Below are positions 24,001 to 36,000 of a stretch of DNA of 64,000 bases, piece by piece. The DNA lies in NCBI RefSeq assembly GCF_963921235.1, contig NC_086097.1, forward strand, positions 95,916,001 to 95,980,000. The letters run 5' to 3'. Made by a program: the position numbers and the translations under genes. Position 1 is the stretch's first letter. Every line of letters begins with the position of its first letter. The notes under the pieces are model-generated. The model saw only the letters and a program-made list of their open reading frames with translations. It was not told the DNA's origin and searched no databases. This DNA is from Mobula hypostoma (taxonomy: Eukaryota).

Positions 24001-27000
24001 AATCTTCATTTTCATTCATACCTTCAAATTCTTTGTAGTTCCTAATTTGTTGAAGTAGTGAAATCATTTCATTTTCACTCCCAGCTGTTTCTGGTATCTC
24101 CAAAGCTGAATACTTGAAACTGCAGTGAGCAAAATAGTTCTGAATTGTCTTACTGTTTATAACTCACCAACTATCAGTGACAAAAATCAGTTCTTTTTGA
24201 ATACAAACACACAAGTGATGCTATTTAAAACTGTTCACTCTAAGCAAGATACAGTGTCTAACGGCCACACGACGTGCACATGACTGACACTAGTTAGAAA
24301 ATGTTCAGCAACACTCACTTACCCCAATTATGTGGTATTGTGTCTCAAATAAATGAAGGGATCGCAGAATATTTTCTTGATTTGATTTTGTTCTTTAAGA
24401 GTTGTTGCAAATAAGCAGTTGCCCCGATTAACCAATGGACCAGTTAACTGGAATCACTGTATTTATTAAGCTTAAAGAGCATGCAGTTGACAGGTAACAT
24501 TGTGGTTATTACTTTATTTAAGGTACGCGAAATTTTGAAGGACAGAGCAGCAGAACGTAAGGCGAATGAACTATCCATCTCGGTGTATGACACAGAAAGA
24601 AATGAGAAAGCTAAGGAATACAGGCGAAATCAGGTGAGTATGGTGAAATCTTGAAGAAATTTGCTGCTCAGAAAATCCATGCATCTCTCAATATTTTGTA
24701 GCCTACGTGTTTAATGTTCTTGGGAAAGAGAAATATTTCAGGAAGGTGAAAACTCTCTGACTTGAAACATTGACTCTTTTTTTCCCTTCAGGTGTGGTCT
24801 GAATAGCTGAGTATTTCCAGCACTTTCTGTTTTTGTTTTAGATTTCCAGCATCTGCAGTTTTGTTTTGATTTTCCTTATCTGATGTTGTTATTGACTTTG
24901 TAAGTGCATAAGGATTAAACTTTTGCCATGTGTTTATTGAATTTCTGTATTTGTTTGAACTGAGAGATGTTTGTATTAGACAAACATTAGTTTCTCTTGT
25001 ATGGCCAATTTATAAAATAAAATGCAGCCAGTTCAAATAAATGGCTAGCAGCACCTCTATTGTAGACTTAAAAGGCAAATCCTAAAGATTGCTGGTTGGT
25101 AGTGTAGGGACTCCTTAATTTCATCAGGCAGAATTCAGACAGGCTGTTAAGGGTTAAGTTCGCCAGATATGTTATGTATTAAGTTGTACATTGTTACGTT
25201 TTGGGCGGGTTTTTCCTGATATATATATATATATAAATATATATGATATCGCCATTTGTTTGCATTGGAATAAAGTGTATATTAGAAGTAATTACATTTG
25301 AGTCGATCTTTGTTGACACTCCTACAGTAGTTTGATTGGCTACTGTAAATTGCCCCTGGTGTGCAGGTGAATGGTAGAATCTGAGGCAATTAATGGGAAT
25401 GTGAAAAATTCATAGGAAAATGGGATTGCTCAGAACTGCCATTGACTTGATTGTCCAAAATGGTCTTCTTCAAGTCATATGGGAAAATGGCAAATGCAAC
25501 AGAAAACCTGTATCCTGTATAATAGGATCAAAGGGAAATCTTAGTAGGATGCATGCATTCAGGGTTGAAATAAACAGAAATTAATGCAAACTGAATGAAA
25601 TGTTGGACCATCTCTCTGCCTCCACAGATGCTGCCTGATCCACTCAGGTCCTCCAGCAGTTTGTTTTTTTTTTGCTGAATGATTATATTAACAAGGAATA
25701 AGGAAAATAAACTGATGAGGTGATCCCAGACAAAAATGCAGCCAGTCCAAATCTTTGTAGAGCATCAGTTGAGAAGGCAAACAAGTAGCAAAGCAATGTT
25801 ACTAAATCAGTACAGTTTAAGTCTAAAACCTACCAGCATGATAGGCTTTGATTTGAACACTGTGTTCTGTTTACACAACTGGGGCTTGTAGAAACATCCA
25901 GGATTGGGCAATGTAGCTAAGGGACACAAGATTTTGAAAAGAGATGATTCAAACTTGAAGAATGGTGTTTAGCATTTTTATACATGGCTTATTAGACTAA
26001 ATCCAAAAAGACATTAGTAGACTATGTGTAAGTGTGGAATTAATCTTCATGTTAATAAATTGATGGAATACTCTAACTGCAGAAGTAAGGAGCTCACCTA
26101 TGTATTGAGGAATAAATAAACTAATTGGACTGAGAAGCAAGGGAATCTTACTGGCAAACATCTTCTGCACCTTCTGTGGGTGTAGTGGACAGCGAGGAAG
26201 CCTAATAGAGCTTGCAACAAGATCTGGATCAGCTGGTAAAATGGGCTGAGAAATGGCAGATGGGAAAATGGCTTTGTCTCTACTGAATAGCAAAAAAGTG
26301 CATGAAAAATAAAGTATTTTGGAGGATTATGTTAGCAACTGAGATGGGAAGATCTTCTTAGAGTACAAATGATATGTCCAAGCTGCTATCTTTGATTCAA
26401 GAACATGTAGTTATTGTGAATTTGATCTCTTAATATAGAGTTTGCACACTCTTTACTGAATGAAGTTCCCATGGGATATACAGTTTCCTCCTATGTAACA
26501 AAGACTTATCTGCTAGTAAGTTAATTGGCCAATGCAAACTGTATCTGGTGTCAGTGGGTGGTAGGATCTAGGGGAGTTAATGAGCACGTGTGCAAAAGTA
26601 AATTACAGGAGGTAAGTGGGAAAATGGGACTGCTGTGGGGCTGCCATGGACTCCTTTGTCTGAATAACCACTTTCTACATAGTAAGGAAATGTAAAAAAT
26701 AAATAAGAAATCTAACATCCTCATTTTAGGAAGCTTACAGAAGATGATATCCATCATTTATGTGCAGTATTAGACTAAATTAAAAAATAGCTTGGGTAAA
26801 TGTACAATGAAAAACTTTGTTTTGCTTGCTACCCATGCAGATCATGTTATCAAATCAATGCATTGAGGGAGTACAAGGAAAAAGTAATTACAGAATACAG
26901 AATTACAGACAAAGTGCAGTGCAGACAATAAGGAGCAAGATTACAGTGAGGTAGGTTTTGAGAGCATCTTACTGTACAAGTGATCCATTCAATAGCAGGA

Positions 27001-30000
27001 TAAAAGCTATTCTTGAGCCTGGTTAGGTTTTGTATCTTCTTCCATTGGAAGGGGTGAGAGGAGAGAACATTTGTGATAGGAAGGAGTCTTTGATTATGCT
27101 GGCTACTTAACCAAGGCAAGGACTGGCTACTTAACCAAGGCAAGGACTGGCTACTTAACCAAGGCAGCAAGGACTGTAGGCAGAGTCCATAGAAGGGTAG
27201 CTGGTTTCCATGATGTGCTGAGCTGTGATCACAACTCTCTGCATCACACCTTGGTATAGAAACTGCTCTGCCCAACACTGCATCAGCCTAGTCCATCAGG
27301 CACACCAGCCTTCCCTTCATTGACATCATCCACACTGCCTTGGGGAAGCATCTAACATCATCAAGATCCCCTCTCACCAAGGTCACTTTCTCTTCTTCCC
27401 TCTCCCAACAAGCCTCTCAAATGCTGAGGATGAATTTTTATCTCCCAATCTACCTTGTTGTGGACCTTGTACTCGATTTGTTTACTTGCACTGCACTTTA
27501 CCTGTAACTGCATCAGGTTTTTATGTGGTGCATTCTAACAAAGTTTTTCATTGCATTTGGAATATGTGACAATAATAAAACAATCCAATTGCCCTGGTGG
27601 TCATGAAGCTTTGTATGCTCTGTTTATAGTAATGATTCTGTGACTGCTGAGCATTTTAGAATGCTCTCAATACACTCTTAACAAATCCATTTGCTGTAGT
27701 GACAGTTAATTATGTTTGCCTTGTTTGGGCTCCATCTGGTTGCTCTAGTGATGGTCAGGCATGAGATGCTTTGATTAGTGTAATAGTCCAGCCATGCTAT
27801 TTGCATTTGTGATATTTCAATTTATGTGATGGATACGTTGAACAAAGGCACTTCAGTGTAGGATACCCTGATCAGAAACACATACTTATCTTGTTCAGTG
27901 GCAATTGAGGATAAAATGGATTAAGGTAAGAATCACTGTTGTGTAACGGTGACTGCCAGTCCCCCTTTCAAAGCCTTGGAAAACTCAGAAGAAACATGAT
28001 GAGGTGATGGGTAAAAGATGTTGCATGGCAAACAGTTAGGAATGTTGTATGAGCTTCTACACAATGTCATACTTTAGCAGAGCTATTGTGATCAAGGCTG
28101 CAAAATAGTTCCTTGGGGTTCATGTTCCTATGGTTACAGATAGAAATTCCTGCTAGAAATGCTGTGGAAAATGGTTCTAAACAGAGGGTTCTTTCCCTTT
28201 AATCACACTCTTAGGTACAGTGGTTTTAATGGACAGAGAGGTTCTGCCATCAACCTAAGTACAATAGATTTGAGTGTCCAGAATCCATGTTTTATTAATT
28301 ATTTAATATTCTACTAACTCTTGCAATGGGAGAGCGTGTGTAAAATCTGACTTACGAGTTTCAATTTGGTCTCGAGGCGCAACTATCATAGGGTTGTTTA
28401 GGATTATGCCTGCATTGATAATTAAATAGTCTGCTTTGCCCCAGAATGTGTTGAACTTCTTAAGAGTTGTTAGAATCGGAATCAGGTTTATTATCCTCGG
28501 CATGTGTTGTGAAATTTGTTAACTTAGCTGCAGCAATTCATAATATAGGAGGGGAAATAAATAATTTACAGTATATGTATGTTGAATAGATTAAGAATCA
28601 TACAAAACAGAAATACTGTAATATATATTTTTAAAAAGTGAGGTAGTGTTCACGGGTTCTGCCGTTGACCTATTGTGGTGATAGGCAAATTGCAGTGGGT
28701 CCAGGTCCTTGCTGAGGCAGGAGTTCAGTCTAGTCGTGACCAACCTCTCAAAGCGTTTCATCACTGTACTTGTGAGTGCTACTGGACAATAGTCATTAAG
28801 GCAGCTCACATTATTCTCCATAGGCACTGGTATAATTGTTGTCTCTTTGAAGCAAGTGGGAAGCAAGTTGAAGCAAGAGGTTTAAAATTTCCTTGAATAT
28901 TCCCACCAGTTGGTTGCCACAAGTTTTGAGAGCCTCACCAGGTACTCCATTGGGACCTTCGGCCTTGCGAGGGTTCACTCTCTTTAAAGATAGCATAACA
29001 TCGGCCTCTGAAACAGAGATCTTCACAGCTGTAGTTATATTCTCTATTTCAAAGCAGACATAGAAGGTGTTGAGTTCATCTGGTAGTGAAGCATCGGTGC
29101 CATTCATGCTATTGGGTTTTGCCTTGTAGGAAGTAATGTCTTGCAAACCCTGCCAGAGTTGTTGTACATCTGATGTCACCTCCAACCACGTTCAAAATTG
29201 TCTCTTCGCTCTTGAAATAGCCCTCCGCAAGTCATACCTGGTTTTCTGGTACAGACCTGGGTCGCCAGACTTGAATGCCATAAATCTAGCCTTCAGCAGA
29301 TGTCATACCTCCTGGTTCATCCATGGCTTTTGGTTTAGGAATTTACATTTAGTCTTTGTAGGCACACACTCATCCGCACAGGTTTTAATAAAGTCGGTAA
29401 CAACTGCAGCATACTCATCCAGGTTCGAAGATGAATCCCTGAATATGGCCCAGACCACTGATTCAAAGCAGTCCTGTAGGCACTCCTGTGCTTCCCTTGT
29501 CCAAACCTCCTTGGTCCTCACCACTGTACTGCAGTCCTCAGTTTCTGACTACACTCAGGGAGTAGAAGTACAGCCAGGTGATCAGGCTTCCCGAAGTGGG
29601 GGCGTGGAGTAGCATGGTAGCCGTTCTTGATGGTGTGTAGCAATGGTTCAGTGCGTTGTATCCTCTGGTATTATAATTGATCTGTTGATGGTAATTGCTT
29701 CGTGATTTTTTTCAGACTGGCCTGGTTAAAATCCCCCAAAACGTTGGTGAAGGCATTAGGGTATGTTTCATGCATGTTGATCCTATTGCTCAGATCATCT
29801 AAAGCCTGATTGACATTGGCCTGAGGTGGAGTGCATACTGCTACCAAAAAGATCATGGAAATCTCCCATGGTAGGCAAAATGGACGGCACTTAACTATGA
29901 GATATTCCAGGTCTGGTGAGCAGAACTGGGACAGCATTGATGTATTTGTACACCAGGAGGAGTTGATCATGAGGCATACTCCTCCACCTTTGGTTTTGAG

Positions 30001-33000
30001 AGACTCTATAGATCTATCCTGACAGTGTATAGCACAGCATGTTCAGGCAAGTGGATATTATTCTATCACAGAGTGGATGTTCCCCTGGATTATGAGTTAT
30101 CATTACCTCAGAATATGGAAAAAGCCATTTTTTATGACTGGGATGAGAAATTTATTTAATCTGTAGATTTTAGAATCCTTAGCCTGCTGACTTCTTTCAA
30201 AATGTAGATCAATGAGATATTTTGCTAGAAAATTGTACTGAGTTTGATCAGCCATGATCTTGGTGAATGGTGGAGCAGATACAAAGGGGTGCATGGTCAA
30301 CTCCTGCTCCTATATTTTATATTCTTATATCTTGATTTTCACTAACCCCACATTAATGTATTTGTTTTTTCCTGTGAACATTGATTTTTTTTGGATATGG
30401 CACAAGAATATTTTAGGCCTGTATGTTATCAGACATTACAGTATTGGAATATGTTCTACATTCCAGCCTGACCTTGCCCTCATTCCACCATGAGTCTTTG
30501 AATTGTGATGAAGTTCTACTTTGTCAATGCAGTGAGCTTAATTGTGCTACTTTTTTCATTGTTCTGGTTGAATCCTGCTGACAGTGTGCCAGGTCTGAAT
30601 GTCACACTCTTCATAATATTGTGCAGTGCTTTTTCTTTAACTACTTGACTTCTATGGAAGATTGTAATGAGTGAGATACTTGAATCCTTTGGTGCCTGTT
30701 TACTTGTTCATTCACAGAGTAGCAAGTCCAACTATTTGCCTCATGAGCTGCTGATCAATTGAAACATTCTGAAATTCCTGGAAACCACACCCTCCTGATA
30801 GAATAAAATCTACCAATAGATTAATTCAAAAAAAGTACTACAAAATCAGTTGTACTTTATCTTTCACACAACTGGACGAGATTCAAACAAAAAATAAGCT
30901 ATCCCGTCAACTTTAGCTACCAAATTCTCTCCGACTTTTATTTACTGTCTTTTGGACAGTGCTTTTGGGGATTTAACTTTCTAGTTCTGGTAAGCTTCAT
31001 ATTTGTCCACCTACATGCATTCTATCTCTTTACAGCCTTCCTACAGTCTAACGTGCCATGTGTCTTTGTTATGGCTAATCAGTGTTCTCCTTTACTGGAA
31101 CATCCTTGCTTCATGTCATCTTTCCCTTCTTTTGCCTATTCACGCTGACTTTCTGAATCATCTATTCTTTCTTTTACTGTATTGACCTTATTAAAGTAAT
31201 ATCTTCTTCACCTTCTCAGTTGCAGTTGAGAAAAAAGTTGGTATTACAGAAAAAACACTGATGTTGATCATTATTCCATGAAATTTAGCTGTAATACAAA
31301 TGGAGTGGGTTCAAAAATGAATTGTCTTCCTACATCAGCTGCCCAGTTAAATATAACCCCCTGTTGTTTCCAAACGATGCCAGCCATTTATTACTATCTT
31401 TGTTTCTCAGATGCTTAGGGAGGAGGAGCAGCGGTCACGGCAGGCTGAGGAAGAGGTGGATTACCTCGCACCATTCCTTGCTCGTTTGGGACAGCCCAGA
31501 AAAATCACCAGGAAGCTAGCCATCAAGCTCCGCAATGACTGTCTAGCAGACATGAAGCAGAGGCTGATTGATAAAGCTAACATCATTCAAAATCGGTTTG
31601 AGAAGGTGCTGAATTTTCTTAGCATTATTCATAGAATCATAGTTAAACAGCAAGGAAATAGGGCTTTTGGCCCAACTGATCCATGCTGACTAACCTGTCT
31701 ACCGGAGCCTTCCGTCCTCCCTTATCCAGGAATCTGGCTAAATGTCTTTTAAACATTGTAATTGTACCCACCTCTGCAGTTCATTTAACATTCCCACCTC
31801 CATCTGCGTGAGAACGCTGCCCCCAGATCCCCTTTAAATCTTTCCCTCTCACCTTAAACTTACGCCCTCTCATTTTAGATTTTCCACCCTGGGAAAAAGA
31901 TTCAGTGTATCTATGTCCCTGATGATGTTATAAAACTCTATAGCTTTTCACCCTTCAGCCTTTTATGCTCGAGAAAGAAAAGCCCCAACCTATCCAACCT
32001 CTACTTATAACTCATATCTTCCAGACCTGGTAATCTCATCGTGAATCTTTTATGCATCTTTTCTAGCTTAATGACATTCTTTCCACACTCAAGTGCTGGG
32101 CTGAAAGGGTGTGTGTGTGTGTGTATGTGTGTGTGTGTGTGTGAGAGAACATCTATGTGCATTCACAGCTCTGTGTGTTGTTGGTTAACACTTGTGCAAG
32201 GTCTGGGTTTCATTTGTCTTGTCAGTGGATCAAGGCCTCACTCTGTTAACTCTCCATGATAGCTGATGTGCAACAACTACCCTGCATTAAATAATATCGT
32301 ACACATGTAACTTCAATGCTACCTCTTCCTTAAGAAGAAGACGGTCTGAAAGGTGGCTGCAATTCTAGCTACGATGAACAGGAAGCCCAAGATGCTTTTC
32401 TGTCTTTTTCAATCTTTTTATTAAGTTTCAAATTAATAAACATAACTATAATAATAATGATACAAAGAGATCAGGATTACATTAATAACGGTTAACATGT
32501 ACAAGCACAGATTCCAAGTAACAAATGTAGTTTAGCCTCCCAATCTCTTACTAACTAAGCATGAAAAAGATATTTTATAAACAGAAAAAAAAACCCTAAA
32601 CTAAAAAAAAACAAAGATTGGCCTGCCATATTTCCTTGGCTAAAATTATTATTTGAAGTTAACTCCGCTCCTCTATACATGAACAAAAAATTACTACAAA
32701 GGATTCAGAAATGGTCAACTTACATCATATGAAAATATTGAATAAATGGCCTCCAAGTCTCTTCTAATTTAACTGAAGAATCCATAGTACCGCTCCTAAT
32801 TTTTTCCAAGTTTAAACATGCTATTGTTTGGGAAAACCATTGAAATGTAGTGGGGGGACTGGAATCCCCAAGATGCTATCGAAGCCTCAGAGAATTGAAA
32901 CAAGATGTAATGTGACATTCAGCAGCTTTCTGAAAAGTACAATTGATGAAGAGAAAGTTAGCTACCTCCTTCTATGGCAGGAGAGAAAATGATGCACCTC

Positions 33001-36000
33001 TCCAGAAGTCAGAGAATAGGTAGGAAATTGAGGATGCACCTAAAAGAGAAATCAAATCACCAGAATTGCTGAGGCAGGTTCCAAAGCCTGAGGCAATAGT
33101 CTATTCGTGATTTTATTACGAAGCTTTGAACCATAGCCAATAAATGCAAATTCAAGATCAGCAGGCTTAGTCATTTGCAGCTCAGCATACACGCTCACAC
33201 AGAAAACATTGATTAGGAGTGCATAGGTCACTACAACCCAGGTTATACGTAGGTACAGTCAGATCACAGGAAAGCACGAGTAAACAGATAAAGATACTGA
33301 CTGCTCAGCAGTCAAACCTCCAGGTCAGGTCTGGGAAAGGAAATAGTGCTGACACAGTAAGAGAACAGAAACAAAAGTATAGAAATCAGACTGAAGGCTG
33401 TACGAGTTCTCAGAGAAAAGAATGCTCTACTCGTAGACCAAATTCTGGATGATAATATTCAGTTCCACTGTTGGGAGAAGATGTGCGAATGAAAAGTGAA
33501 AACATACAGAGGAAAAGCCAAGGAAGAATGAATCAATAGCAAAAAAATCAAATCAACCACACCATATAAGAAATGGCTTCTGTCTAGGTAGCCTCCAACC
33601 TCACGGCATGTACACTGATTTCTGCAACTTGGTATTTTCCCCCTTCCCTTTCCCTCTCTGCCCAAAACCTTGACTATTTATTCATTTCCATGGATGCTGC
33701 CTGATCTGCTGAGTTCCTCCAGCATTTTGTTTGTGATATTCCATGGCCACAGTCCAAAGACATACTAGCTAGTTGGTTAATTGGTCATTGTGAATTGTCC
33801 TGTGATTAGGCTAGGATTAAATTGGGGGATTGCTGGGTGGCACAGTTCAAAAGAACAGAAGGGACTATTCCGTACTTAACTCAATTAAAAAAAAGTCAAA
33901 GTTTGAGAACATTCCAGATATTACAACTAAACATTTACGTGGGGTAATCTGATGTGGCAGTTCCTGTTGAAATAAAATCCACACCACCATCTGGAGAAGA
34001 TAAAAGTGCAGAGGCAAACCCACAACTCAACTGGATATGTGCCAATTAACATGTAAGCAAACAGGTTCTACTGAAAGAACTTCCCAGAAAAGATGCATAT
34101 CTCGAGAATGCTGTCTCAAAACAAGGAATTTGAATGGTTGGGAATGCAAGAAGCTATAGAGTACTGGACTTTTCTCAATATATCATGGGCACAGAACCCC
34201 ATTCCCATTGGTAGTATCCACAGAAGGTGAAGCCTCAAAAGTCAATATCTGTCATCAAAATTTCCACCTACCAGGCCAAGCCATCTTCTCGCAGGAGGTA
34301 CAGAAGCCTGATGTCCCACAGCACCAGTTTCAGGAACAGCTACTTTCCTTCACCCATTTGGTTCTTGAAACAACCAGCAAAATCCTAATCACATCTGCAG
34401 TTTAGTAATGCTACGACCATTCTGATCACTTTGCACTAAAATATATTTTTTTGTCCCAATAGTGTGTTTTTCTTCTTGTGGATAATTTATGTTTATATTT
34501 TTCTTGTGACTGCTGCTTCTCTGATGTTATGAGCTTGTGATGGTGCTGCAAGTAAGTTTTCTTTTGCATCTGTGCATACATGTACTTGTGCATACAACAA
34601 TAAACTTGACTTAGCTACTTCTGTGGAATTGAAGCTTATGCTTTGAATCAATGGCACAGAACTTTGGCTAAGAATTAAATTCAATGAATATCTTTTAGTT
34701 TCAATAGGCAAGTAACAAAGCAGTCCAACTAGAACTGGCTTCCTCAGTAATGGTGTGCCACTATTAGCTGCTTCGCGCCCTCATGTTCTTTTTTTCTAGG
34801 AGGCCTTAGAGCTCCAGAATAAACAGCAATGGTACCAGCAGAACCAGATGTCTATGACCAAGGAAGATGAACAGGCTTATTTGTCCTACTGCTCTGAGGC
34901 CATGTTTCGAATCCACATCCTTGAAATGCGCCTCAACAAGTAAGAATCCTCATTTCACTATTAATGCTCTATCATTGAACAACACTGAAAAGCCAAACCA
35001 AAAAAACTACAGATTCCAGAAATATGAAATTAAAGCAGAAAATGTTGGTGATGGTCAGCACCTGGAGGAGAAAGAACATCAACTTTTCAGGTTGATGATC
35101 TTTCATCACTCCGGTCTCCAGGCAAGTTGGAGTCATTTATCTGAAATGTTGCGCCTCTTTCTCCCTCTATGGATACTGCGAACATTTTCTGATTTTACTG
35201 AATCAGAGCGTTCATTGTTACTGATCCCTATCAGTGTTTAGTCTCCATGCAAGATTATAATATCATCTTTGGTGCTTCCTCTCCTCTTACAATGCTGATT
35301 TGCTGGTAGAGTTGTGCTGATACCTTTGGCTATTAGGAATCTCTACCTACCAATGTGGTGCAATACCCAGGAACTAAGTGAGAGAGCAATACAGCACAGA
35401 AGCAGGCCCAACTCATCCATGTCAACCAAGTGCCCATCCAAGCTCATCCCATTTGACCCATTAAGCCCGTATCCCTCTAATTCTTTCTTATCCATGTACC
35501 TGTCCAAATGACCTTGAAATGTTGTTAGTGTACCTGACTGAACTATTCTGGTAGCTCATTCCATAAACATACAATCCTCTACATCTGTCCCTGGCTTTGC
35601 AGGAAATCTGCCTGTAGTCTTTGTGGCCGAGTATTGGGAAGATGTTGAAATGCTACAACACTGCCTCAACTGCTGCTGTTTTCCTGGAGCTTCTGACTAG
35701 GAGCGGGCTGCATTCCATCAACTGCGCTGTGCAGGGTGAACTTGTGATTTACATGACACTAGAAGCCACCAGAGAACCATTGATAAGTTGGTTATCACTC
35801 CTTTCTGCAGGCAATTTAAGCAGTTTTAAATCTTACCAACATAATTAAAAGCCAGTGCTATATGAGTCTCATCACACATGAAAATTTCATTATTTAGATA
35901 CCCTACAAATATTAAAGTAATGATTTTATAATTTAACAATCATGTCTTTCAGTCAATCAAATACTGACTTGATTTAGATGATTTATCCAACAGGTCTGAG

